Part shown: positions 1 to 8,580 of the stretch, one piece after another | How positions within the stretch are numbered: position 1 is the first letter of the stretch | Layout of the letters: the number at the start of each line of letters is the position of its first letter | From: a virus | Taxonomy: Duplodnaviria; Caudoviricetes | Length of the DNA: 64,000 nucleotides | Strand: one strand, 5' to 3' | Virus record (IMG/VR): IMGVR_UViG_3300035208_007487 | The notes under the pieces: model-generated | What the model was told of the DNA's origin: nothing | Seen by the model: the letters and a program-made list of their open reading frames with translations, nothing else | Databases searched by the model: none | Made by a program: the position numbers and the translations under genes

Positions 1-150
1 AATTTATCAACTATGGATGATACTGCAAAAAAGCATTCATCTGAATCAGATATATCATCTGATTTATTAGATGTTATTGTTACTAATAATTTAGATGATG
101 ATTTAGCTTCAATAAAAGATCAATTAAGTATTTGGTTACCTATAAAATAA
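1..150 (+). CDS. 3' end of a gene, possibly deoxynucleoside monophosphate kinase (partial)
   Basis: Frame 1 is open to TAA at 148-150: ...KHSSESDISSDLLDVIVTNN..., resembling the HxSE...DxxIxN C-terminus of phage dNMP kinases. Confidence 0.4.
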   Translation, partial: NLSTMDDTAKKHSSESDISSDLLDVIVTNNLDDDLASIKDQLSIWLPIK

Positions 151-180
151 GTAGTATTTTTCCTATAAATATTCAGTATT

Positions 181-882
181 ATGAATATTGTTGGATGCGA
201 TTTATCTATAAATGGATCTGGTTTCACTGTATTAGAATGTAATGATAATTTAGATGTTACAAATGTTTTTTTCTTAGGATTTACTAAAATTAAAAAATTA
301 GTTAGGCATTTAAATAATCTACATATTGAATTATTGCCAAAAAATTATAGTGAATATCCGTATCATTGTCGTGGAAATATAATTTTTGATATTTTTGCGA
401 AATATTATAATCCAGGTAATTTAGATTTTATGGTAGTTGAAGATTATTCATTTGGATCAAAGGGTAACACTTTTGATATAGCTGAGGTAATTGGAGGAAT
501 TAAAAATAGATTTTATCAATTAAGAATTCCATATAAGAAATACTCCCCAAGCACGATTAAACTCTTTGCAACTGGTAAGGGGAGCGCTGATAAGGTTTTT
601 ATGGGATTGGCCTTTGAACAGCTTAAAAACGGCCTTATTGACGATTCTGTTGCATTGCCTAGCTATGAATCACCTAAAGCAGATCTAGTAGATTCATTTT
701 GGGCAGCTCAATTATATCGTCATGAATTACTATATCTTAAACACGGTGAACCATATTCCGATATATTAAAGCCATATGGTGAAAAATCAATAGCTGCTTT
801 AATTGGTGGAAACAAAAAAGTAAAAACCGCTCCAGCTATGGAACATGAAACTATTCTATATCATAATGAATATTTAAACTAA
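181..882 (+). CDS. RuvC-like Holliday junction resolvase
   Basis: IVGCDLSINGSG, VVEDYSF, IKLFATGKGSADK and DLVDSFW match the phage RuvC-like D/E/D motifs. Confidence 0.85.
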   Translation: MNIVGCDLSINGSGFTVLECNDNLDVTNVFFLGFTKIKKLVRHLNNLHIELLPKNYSEYPYHCRGNIIFDIFAKYYNPGNLDFMVVEDYSFGSKGNTFDIAEVIGGIKNRFYQLRIPYKKYSPSTIKLFATGKGSADKVFMGLAFEQLKNGLIDDSVALPSYESPKADLVDSFWAAQLYRHELLYLKHGEPYSDILKPYGEKSIAALIGGNKKVKTAPAMEHETILYHNEYLN

Positions 883-1477
883 AGACTCTACCTTCTCTTT
901 GGTAAGTCAATCCTTTTAATACTTCCAACTGTAATACTATATAATAATCACTGATAGCATTCTCAACTTCAGTAAATAGTAATTCACTTTTGCCTCCATT
1001 GAAAGTTAAAGGCACTTTAACTAAATTATTAAATTTATTATCATTTACATAGTAAGATTCTAAATTTTCTATTGCAATCGAGCTTAATGTATTAACTGGT
1101 TTAATATAATTTTGAGATAAACCAATTCTAATAACACTAGAATCATCAATTGTTGAATTTATCCATAATGCAATGTTTTTAACAACAGTGTACGTTCTGT
1201 TGTAGCAATAATTAGAACATTCATCTGTTATTGTTAATCCTCTAGAATTCAACGAATATTCAATATTTTTATTTAAGTTTAATTGTAATTTTATCCAATT
1301 TTCATAAGAAAATGAGCGGGATTTTAGATACGGGGCATATACTGGATAATTTAATGAATCAGCTACTTCACAGGTAGTTGCGCTATCAATTGATTTAAAC
1401 GCTAGACTAGATATTTCAAAAGAATAGCCGGATGATCCAGTTGATTTTAATAAAACAAAATTAATCAAGTCATTCAT
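851..1477 (-). CDS. Hypothetical protein, probably late/virion
   Basis: 208-aa ORF with TAAATA-N7-ATG upstream; beta-rich composition. Confidence 0.6.
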   Translation of the reverse strand: MNDLINFVLLKSTGSSGYSFEISSLAFKSIDSATTCEVADSLNYPVYAPYLKSRSFSYENWIKLQLNLNKNIEYSLNSRGLTITDECSNYCYNRTYTVVKNIALWINSTIDDSSVIRIGLSQNYIKPVNTLSSIAIENLESYYVNDNKFNNLVKVPLTFNGGKSELLFTEVENAISDYYIVLQLEVLKGLTYQREGRVFSLNIHYDIE

Positions 1478-1573
1478 TATTTAATATTTATTATTCTCAT
1501 ATAACTTACTATTTTAATTTAGTTATATACATTAAAGGGATTGGTCATTAATTTAAATTTTGAGGTGTAAACA

Positions 1574-2752
1574 TTGAGAGCTACAAATTCTACTTTACTT
1601 AAAACTTCTAGCATTAGATACTATGATAAAAAAATAAAGCAATGCTCTTTATTTACTAAAGAAGAAGAAATAAGTATTTTTACGTTAATGTTTAATATTA
1701 AAAAAAACATATGCAATATACTATTAAATGATATTAATATATTCAATAAATTTAAAAAAATAGCTAGCGAATATTTAGATAATGACAATTTAATGGATTT
1801 TATTTTATTTGATACTGATTTTTGTAAAACTTCAGATTTAGAGGAAATTGTTGATTTTTACGAAACAGCAACTAACTCAATTATATTATTAGAAAAATAC
1901 GAAGATACAAAAGATTATACTAATTTGATTTATTTTAGTAATGAAGCTTTTAATAGTTTAATTTGCTTATTATCAAATGAAGAAAGAGAAAAATATAACA
2001 TAGATAGCTTATTAAAAATAATTGATTCAATTAGGGATAGAATAATTGAACATAATTTAGCAATGGCAGTTGAACTAGCATTAAAATATAAAAACACTAT
2101 ACAAATCTCATTAGATGATGCAATACAGGGCGCAATGATTGGATTATCTATTGCTGTTGATAAGTTCAACCCTTTTATAAAAACTAAATTGTCAACCTCG
2201 GCTTATTCTTGGATATTCCAAGGTATTCAAAGACTAAATGATAATACTTGTGAATTAATACAAACTCCATGTAATATCATTGAACAAAGTAAGAAAAATA
2301 ATAAAATAATAAATGACTTATTAAAAAGCAAAGGATCGTTTCCTAGCGCAGATGAAATATGCGAAGCTGCCGGAAATGATTCATATCTAGTATCTATTAA
2401 AAGATATGATTCATTTGATTCAGTGGATGCAAATAATATTCAGTTATGCGATAAGATAAAAGATCCAAATATTGCAGATAATACTACTATTTTAGAATAT
2501 AATAAACTTAAAAATAAAATGAAAGATATTATTAATTCTTTGGATGATAAAGAAAAAGAAATAATTGAATTAATGTTTGGTTATAATAATAAAGAACCGT
2601 TAAGCAATAAAGCAATAATGGATAAATTAAGCATAGATAATTATTCTTTTAACAAATTAAGAACCATTGCTTTAAATAAAGTTAAAGATTTAGTTGAAGA
2701 AGAATTTGAATTCGACAATTGGAGAGAAATTTTTGAAAGCGAGGAGTTATAA
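1574..2752 (+). CDS. Divergent RpoD/sigma70-family RNA polymerase sigma factor
   Basis: Region 2 HNLAMAVELALKY...DAIQGAMIGLSIAVDKFNP...KLSTSAYSWIFQGIQR; region 4 LDDKEKEIIELMFG...ALNKVK; TTG start preceded by GAGGTG SD. Confidence 0.88.
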   Translation: MRATNSTLLKTSSIRYYDKKIKQCSLFTKEEEISIFTLMFNIKKNICNILLNDINIFNKFKKIASEYLDNDNLMDFILFDTDFCKTSDLEEIVDFYETATNSIILLEKYEDTKDYTNLIYFSNEAFNSLICLLSNEEREKYNIDSLLKIIDSIRDRIIEHNLAMAVELALKYKNTIQISLDDAIQGAMIGLSIAVDKFNPFIKTKLSTSAYSWIFQGIQRLNDNTCELIQTPCNIIEQSKKNNKIINDLLKSKGSFPSADEICEAAGNDSYLVSIKRYDSFDSVDANNIQLCDKIKDPNIADNTTILEYNKLKNKMKDIINSLDDKEKEIIELMFGYNNKEPLSNKAIMDKLSIDNYSFNKLRTIALNKVKDLVEEEFEFDNWREIFESEEL

Positions 2753-3093
2753 TGTCAATAAGTGATAACAAATACACTGGTAAAAAAACTAAAACTAAAT
2801 TAAAAAGATTGATTAGTTCTTCTAAATTATTAAAAGATGCTAAACATTGCAAAACTTTTACTAGTAAAATTACCTATAGTATTTTTAAAGATGAAAAGCT
2901 GATATATTCTAATAATTATATGAGCGCAATAAATTGTTCAGACCTAAATAGTTACTCGAAAATTATAATAAATACTATAAGACTCAATGGAGCTACTGAA
3001 ATAAATTCAGATAGAAACAGAATAACAATCACATCTAAAACTTGTGATAATTTGATGTTAAAATCTTCAATTGAGTTAATAGGAATAAAGTAA
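2752..3093 (+). CDS. Hypothetical protein
   Basis: 113-aa ORF coupled to the sigma gene by TAATG overlap. Confidence 0.6.
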   Translation: MSISDNKYTGKKTKTKLKRLISSSKLLKDAKHCKTFTSKITYSIFKDEKLIYSNNYMSAINCSDLNSYSKIIINTIRLNGATEINSDRNRITITSKTCDNLMLKSSIELIGIK

Positions 3094-3094
3094 T

Positions 3095-3412
3095 ATGTCA
3101 TTAAAAAATTTTGTAGACAATTGTGTATTAATTGCAAATTTTCATCCCAAATCAACTAGAATAAGTTTTGAAAATGATATTTGTATTAAAGCTGGAATAA
3201 ATTCATTTATGAATTCATTGGAGTATAGAGATAATTATATTATAATTTCTAATTCTTTAGATGACTCTGCGGTATTTATTGAAGCAATAACGCCAATAGC
3301 TAAGGTATTAGTTTTAATTGATGGAAGAGGTACATTAATTATCGGAGATAGTGACTATCAATATTTAACTAATTATGTTAATATATTGTTTTCACAAATA
3401 CCTAAAGATTAA
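3095..3412 (+). CDS. Hypothetical protein
   Basis: 105-aa ORF starting immediately after the previous stop. Confidence 0.6.
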   Translation: MSLKNFVDNCVLIANFHPKSTRISFENDICIKAGINSFMNSLEYRDNYIIISNSLDDSAVFIEAITPIAKVLVLIDGRGTLIIGDSDYQYLTNYVNILFSQIPKD

Positions 3413-4173
3413 TATATCCCTATCATAGGTTGAGCACTTTCGCCAATCAATTGCGCTTCATATTTTTCTCGATCTTTTACTCCCATGTCATAAACAAATT
3501 GACCATTTACCTTGCCCCCACCTGGAAGTGGTCTATCATATAAATTTAGCACAATTCCCCATATTTCTTTTAATCTAGCAACTGCTATTTCAACAAACAA
3601 AGGGTGGCCAAATACTTGTCCTAATTCTGCTCTTCTATAAACTCTACCTATTAAAAATCTTCCACCATATGAATTATCAAAAGTAGGAGGAGGTGGAGTT
3701 ATATGTAATTCTTTTTCTCCTTTGGAATTAAATATTAATTTTGAATAATATTGAGGGCCACAAGATCTATTAATTTCAGCTAGATTCATTTTAGCGGCGG
3801 TATATCCAGCCATATTCCAATCTTGATAATTAACACTCATGGTTAAAAAGCTTTCCATAGACCCAACATCTAGCATCATAAATGGATTAGCTAGCATTCC
3901 ATTAAATGATGCATATACCTCAATAACATCTTCTACCCAATATGGTACAGGATATATAGATTGTCCAGGTATAGCTGGAATAGTTATCCAACTCATGTAA
4001 GAAGATTCATTGGCATTATGTCTAAAAAAGAAATCTAAGGTTTGATTAATTGTATCATCTAGGTGATTTCTAGGTGATATTGAATCGGGAAATAATTTCA
4101 AATCAATATTATGCATAGGTGCTCCCAATTTTAGCATAATACTCTCCGACACTTGACTTCTAGTTAAAAACAT
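3409..4173 (-). CDS. gp13: Neck protein, T4 gp13-like
   Basis: TRSQVSESIMLKLGAPMHNIDL...LKEIWGIVL...LPGGGKVNGQFVYD...YEAQL, the gp13 pattern. Confidence 0.85.
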   Translation of the reverse strand: MFLTRSQVSESIMLKLGAPMHNIDLKLFPDSISPRNHLDDTINQTLDFFFRHNANESSYMSWITIPAIPGQSIYPVPYWVEDVIEVYASFNGMLANPFMMLDVGSMESFLTMSVNYQDWNMAGYTAAKMNLAEINRSCGPQYYSKLIFNSKGEKELHITPPPPTFDNSYGGRFLIGRVYRRAELGQVFGHPLFVEIAVARLKEIWGIVLNLYDRPLPGGGKVNGQFVYDMGVKDREKYEAQLIGESAQPMIGIY

Positions 4174-4190
4174 TTAGTACCTTCTACCTA

Positions 4191-4207
4191 TTATTTATAA
4201 ATAAATA
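4191..4207. promoter_or_regulatory. Back-to-back TAAATA late-promoter boxes for divergent genes
   Basis: Palindrome TTATTTATAAATAA (4191-4204) between gp13 (-) and ORF 4222 (+); contains TATAAATA on both strands. Confidence 0.65.
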
Positions 4208-4221
4208 CTAAGGACTATAAA

Positions 4222-5040
4222 ATGAATTCTGTAAAATACATTAATTTAAATAAAGCTAAAGTAACTCTATTAGAGACTTTAGTTGGAACTAGATATAAAT
4301 CTAAAAACAAATTCAAAAAAGCTTTTTTTGAATCAATTGAAAAAAGATTTATATTAACAGAGGGAATTAAAGAAAATTTATCTAAATTAGTTGATGATGT
4401 TATGTTCTTTTTCAAGAATACGGCTGAAAACAACAAAAGATTAGATTATTTAATAAATGTAGGTAAAAAAGCATTAAGTTTACATGGATTCACTAATGCA
4501 CCTGCATTAAATAGAACATTGCATGCATTTATTGGGAAAGAACCAACTGGAGATAGATTAAAACAATTTTTAAAATTATGGATGAATTATTTAGTTTATA
4601 GTTATGATGGCAAAAGTCCAATAATAACATTTAATATGGAATTAGGTGCATTAGAATCAGCACTTAAAGCTTTCAAAAATAATGGAGCTTTACAGGGATA
4701 TAATAACAATATTGATGAATTATTATCAGAAAATGGTTTAATATACATTTTGAAAAAACTTTCAAATAGATTAAATGATGGGGCTGAAGAATTAAAAAAT
4801 AATGCCGAATATAGAACTAATAATAAAGTTGAAGCTAAACCAAACATTTCGGATAAAATAAGTATTAAAAAGCAAGGTGAAAATAAATTAATTAAATTAG
4901 ATAATAACGAAGATTTAACAAATTTATTTACTTCATATCAAGAAAGAGAACAGTTCCCTAAAGATAAAAGATTTAAAACTTATGCATATGAATCAGTATA
5001 TAATGCTTTTATAATTGCTCTAGATACTCTGATAGGGTAA
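4222..5040 (+). CDS. Hypothetical protein, possible internal head protein
   Basis: 272 aa; N-terminal LLE/FFES/LTE motifs resemble gp21 cleavage sites; TAAATA box and AGGA SD upstream. Confidence 0.6.
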   Translation: MNSVKYINLNKAKVTLLETLVGTRYKSKNKFKKAFFESIEKRFILTEGIKENLSKLVDDVMFFFKNTAENNKRLDYLINVGKKALSLHGFTNAPALNRTLHAFIGKEPTGDRLKQFLKLWMNYLVYSYDGKSPIITFNMELGALESALKAFKNNGALQGYNNNIDELLSENGLIYILKKLSNRLNDGAEELKNNAEYRTNNKVEAKPNISDKISIKKQGENKLIKLDNNEDLTNLFTSYQEREQFPKDKRFKTYAYESVYNAFIIALDTLIG

Positions 5041-5374
5041 TAAGAGAATCTCCAAAATCTGTCACGCACAAGCCAATCTTAATAATGTTTAAATAGTCCT
5101 CATCAAATTTAATATTGGCTTCTTTACATACCCCTAATACATAATCTAACGATCCGATTCTAAATCCCTCCATATACAGGTATTCTTCAAAATATTCAAT
5201 TGAAGTAATTCTGCAATAATTATGCGCATCTAATTTTGAATTAATGGCATCCCGATATCCAATTACAAACAATTTAAGTAATTCATCACTAATCAGACTT
5301 TGATTCAATGGCTTTCCATATTCAAGTTCCAAAGTAGCTCGAATAAGAATATTCTTAGTGATCGTAACTGCCAT
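5009..5374 (-). CDS. Hypothetical protein (start revised to MAVTITK)
   Basis: ATG at 5374 has GAGGTG SD; the track's TTG start at 5392 has no SD. Confidence 0.6.
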   Translation of the reverse strand: MAVTITKNILIRATLELEYGKPLNQSLISDELLKLFVIGYRDAINSKLDAHNYCRITSIEYFEEYLYMEGFRIGSLDYVLGVCKEANIKFDEDYLNIIKIGLCVTDFGDSLITLSEYLEQL

Positions 5375-5396
5375 GATGCACCTCGCTTTCAAGTTG

Positions 5397-5424
5397 AATA
5401 TAAAAAAATTGCCCTTTTTGGCAA
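5397..5424 (-). promoter_or_regulatory. Host sigma70-type promoter candidate
   Basis: Minus strand TTGCCA-N16-TATATT just downstream of the capsid terminator. Confidence 0.4.
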
Positions 5425-5425
5425 C

Positions 5426-5454
5426 AAAAAAAGCGAAGTAGTTAAACTTCGCTT
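5426..5454 (-). terminator. Rho-independent terminator after gp23
   Basis: Stem AAGCGAAGT/ACTTCGCTT with 6-nt loop, followed by a U-run on the minus strand. Confidence 0.85.
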
Positions 5455-5482
5455 CATTTAAATACTGACGATTATGCTATTA

Positions 5483-6751
5483 TTAGTAGCTTAATCCTGG
5501 GAAGTAGTTGTTCAAGCCATTGAAATTCAATACTCTGTAGAATGTTCCTGATCCGAACATGTTATCAAGGATAGCATATCTGGTGCTCAAGATAATTCTT
5601 GGAGTAGCGTCTTCAGAGCCTAAAGTCTTCTGAACCATCAAAGGAATATAAGGCATATAGATGATACCGGATTGTCCAAGCTTTTCACCTTTAAATCCAA
5701 CTAAGGCGTAATCGCTAGTTGCGAATGTATCAACGTATACTTCAATCTGTGAACCAAGCAATGTTCCAACTTTAACACCCATCTGAGAACCGTTAACCGA
5801 AGTTTCGTTTCTAGTAAAGATGCCATTGTTTAAGGACTGTAATGCCGCTACTACACCTGGGCTAGCAACTACAAAGTTACCTTGTCCCTGACGAGTAGTG
5901 ATTCTCAATTTCTGAGATGCAGCTACAATTGCGTTAGCAATGGTTGCAAATCTTTCCTGTGAGAAACGTCCATCAGATACAACAGTGGTTCCACTAATAC
6001 CGGCTGTAAGATTTGGGCTTACGTCAATCGTATAAGCAGGAGCACCACCTAATGTTGGGTTAACAGCACAAGATTTCATTCTGATTAACAATTCACGATC
6101 CAACTCTTGCTGTAATTCATACTGAAGAGTTTCCATCATTAATTGCTCAATGTCCTGTCCATGAACATTAGCAATATCTTGCTGCATTTCTACAGTGTAT
6201 GATGTTTTGATTTTACGAGTTCCAGCTTCAATAGCTTTCTTCTCGATGGTTACTTTACCTTTAGCAATTTGGTTTTCTGGCTGGGTTAATCCACCTGCAC
6301 AGTTTTCCATATAGTTAGAAAGCAATTCACCCTCTGGAGTAGTCCAAGTTGATGGAGCAGATGAAACACCTTTACCAGTCCATTCAGGTTTAACGTAGTT
6401 ATAACCCATTTCAGTCTGGCTGAATGAATCAACTCCACACTCATCATAACGGAATCTCATAGCAAAAGCTAATCCGTAAGGCTGAGTTAATGGCTGAACG
6501 CTTGCGACATTCATAGCTAAAAGCTCAGGGAACATACGGCGAACTAGAGGCATAGCATAGTTCTGGTACTGTTGCATGTCTGAAGATACAGACTGTGATT
6601 CTGGTAAGAATCCTTTATTAAGTTTATACTGGTTCTCAAGCAAGGTAGCTACAGTATGAGCTTCTGATTGAGTCTTTAAAGCACGGCCAATTGGCATTTC
6701 CAAAGCGCCTTGCCATTTTTTGATTAATGATTGATTTACTACTGGTTTCAT
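5483..6751 (-). CDS. gp23: Major capsid protein, T4 gp23-like
   Basis: LIKKWQGALE, ATLLENQ, PLVRRMFPELLA...VQPLTQPYGLAFAMRFRY, AGTRKIK, YMPYIPL, STRYA. Confidence 0.97.
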   Translation of the reverse strand: MKPVVNQSLIKKWQGALEMPIGRALKTQSEAHTVATLLENQYKLNKGFLPESQSVSSDMQQYQNYAMPLVRRMFPELLAMNVASVQPLTQPYGLAFAMRFRYDECGVDSFSQTEMGYNYVKPEWTGKGVSSAPSTWTTPEGELLSNYMENCAGGLTQPENQIAKGKVTIEKKAIEAGTRKIKTSYTVEMQQDIANVHGQDIEQLMMETLQYELQQELDRELLIRMKSCAVNPTLGGAPAYTIDVSPNLTAGISGTTVVSDGRFSQERFATIANAIVAASQKLRITTRQGQGNFVVASPGVVAALQSLNNGIFTRNETSVNGSQMGVKVGTLLGSQIEVYVDTFATSDYALVGFKGEKLGQSGIIYMPYIPLMVQKTLGSEDATPRIILSTRYAILDNMFGSGTFYRVLNFNGLNNYFPGLSY

Positions 6752-6754
6752 ATT

Positions 6755-6805
6755 TTCTCCTAAATTAAGGACTATTCCTCATCCTTTAATTTATATTTAG
6801 GAGAA
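6755..6805 (-). promoter_or_regulatory. Capsid leader: TAAATA box (6794-6799) inside an inverted repeat that pairs with the SD
   Basis: Perfect 11-bp inverted repeat TTCTCCTAAAT/ATTTAGGAGAA; the 3' arm contains the AGGAG SD. Confidence 0.7.
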
Positions 6806-6848
6806 TGATTTTAAAATTATAAAAAGTGATCAAAAAAGTGTATAAGAA

Positions 6849-7646
6849 TTATCCCCAAGTTCTCATAAATTCATTAACAGGATCATTATCATCTACTTGA
6901 TTATCTTCTTCATTATTATGCATAGCATATGCTTCATCTAATACAGTCTTTTTAAGTTTAGGAATATTTATTTTAGTATTAGGTTTGAATTTTCCATCTA
7001 ATACTGTTTTATTAGTAGCAATAGTACTATTATCTGATTCTAATAAACTATTAGCTTCTGATAGTAGAGAATCAACATCTTTATCAGAACTTTCAAATTG
7101 AATAGATTTAGCAGATTTTTCATCTTTTAGTTTAGTAACATATAATGCAACTTCTTTTAAGAAATCATCTCTACTTAATTTATCATATCTAGGGTCATTT
7201 TTAAATCTATTAATAGCAGTATTGATTATATCTTTATTCATACCAGATAAGCTGGCTTCTATTGTTTCATGTATTTCTAACATATCTCTTAAGTCCTGTA
7301 TTGTTTTAACTGCTTCCATTAATGTTGATTGCATATCAATTAATGTGCTATTGGTTTCGGTGGTATTTTCTGAAATGCTCTCTGTTAAAGTATTTTTAAT
7401 ACCTTTACCATTAAGAACAGATACTATACTATCTACAATAGGTTTATAGTATATTTTATCACAACTTTTATCTATTGATTCTAATTGAACATTCTTTTTA
7501 ATTGCTTCTGATGCGAATTTTTTTAAAGTATCATATAATTCATCTTTTAATTTATTAAAATGATCCTTATACTGACTTTCCAATAATGATTCTTTTTTAG
7601 CTACTTCAGCTTCAATTAATGTTTGCATTTCAGGTGATATATTCAT
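6849..7646 (-). CDS. gp22: Prohead core scaffold protein, T4 gp22-like
   Basis: Between gp21 and gp23; helical, acidic, many L-x-E cleavage motifs. Confidence 0.75.
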   Translation of the reverse strand: MNISPEMQTLIEAEVAKKESLLESQYKDHFNKLKDELYDTLKKFASEAIKKNVQLESIDKSCDKIYYKPIVDSIVSVLNGKGIKNTLTESISENTTETNSTLIDMQSTLMEAVKTIQDLRDMLEIHETIEASLSGMNKDIINTAINRFKNDPRYDKLSRDDFLKEVALYVTKLKDEKSAKSIQFESSDKDVDSLLSEANSLLESDNSTIATNKTVLDGKFKPNTKINIPKLKKTVLDEAYAMHNNEEDNQVDDNDPVNEFMRTWG

Positions 7647-8386
7647 TATTTACCAATAGTATTTAGAAGTTTGTTAAGTGAATAATATTGAGTCTGCATT
7701 AATGTACCAGCCTTAACAGACATATCAACTTCATTTCTAAACTCTGCAATAGCTGATTCAACCAAAGGTCTATAATATCCATTAACTGATTCAGTTAGAA
7801 GTTTTTTACTAGGGGAAGTAGCTTCCATTACAGCTTGCATCATTGCATCTTTACCATAAGAAGGACGGCCAACTGCATCAATGGTTATTAATTCATAATC
7901 ATCAGATACTATATTTCTTCCACCATCTCTATAAACAGAGCCTAATCCTCTTAACGAAACTCCAATAGGAATTCCTTCATCTGCTAATATTTTTAAAATA
8001 GCCCCGCAAGGATGTTTTTCAATGACTCTGAATTTAATCATCATTCTATTGCCAACCATTTTTAACTCTTCTATAATATGGCTAACTTTTTCTAAATTAA
8101 TTTCAGTAACAGGTAATAGTTTAGGATTACCTTCATCATCTACAGGTGGATGGTTCAATTCACCTAATGCATTAAATGTTTTAATATAATTTTCATTATA
8201 ATTATTACACTCTCTCGACATTAATCTTGTAGGATATGTTCTGCCATTTATACCTGCTTCATCACATACAATAGCAGTGCCCTTCATTTTTAATCGTTTA
8301 ACTCCAGGCATTGTTCCAATAGATTCATATATTGGAGTGATTAGTGAAGTACCTTCATTACCGTCAACTAGTTTTAGTTTACCCAT
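7646..8386 (-). CDS. gp21: Prohead core protease, T4 gp21-like
   Basis: NGRTYP, ALGELNHP, KVSHII, IGVSLRGLGS, LITIDAVGRPS. Confidence 0.95.
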   Translation of the reverse strand: MGKLKLVDGNEGTSLITPIYESIGTMPGVKRLKMKGTAIVCDEAGINGRTYPTRLMSRECNNYNENYIKTFNALGELNHPPVDDEGNPKLLPVTEINLEKVSHIIEELKMVGNRMMIKFRVIEKHPCGAILKILADEGIPIGVSLRGLGSVYRDGGRNIVSDDYELITIDAVGRPSYGKDAMMQAVMEATSPSKKLLTESVNGYYRPLVESAIAEFRNEVDMSVKAGTLMQTQYYSLNKLLNTIGK

Positions 8387-8388
8387 TG

Positions 8389-8547
8389 TTATTTACCACT
8401 TTCAAGTTCATTAAATCTAGTCGAAACAATATTGTTATATTGCTCTTCTAATACTTCAGAAAAAAGTAACAAAAAAGAGTCTAGATCTTTATTGGAAATA
8501 GACTCTATCAATATTTTCTCTCTAATTTTATCTGAAGCTAAACTCAT
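8389..8547 (-). CDS. Prohead core protein, T4 gp67-like (52 aa, not in ORF track)
   Basis: MSLASDKIREKILIESISNKDLDSFLLLFSEVLEEQYNNIVSTRFNELESGK; syntenic between portal and protease; TATAAATA-N7-ATG upstream. Confidence 0.7.
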   Translation of the reverse strand: MSLASDKIREKILIESISNKDLDSFLLLFSEVLEEQYNNIVSTRFNELESGK

Positions 8548-8580
8548 AATAAATTATTTATATAATATTATTAAATTACA

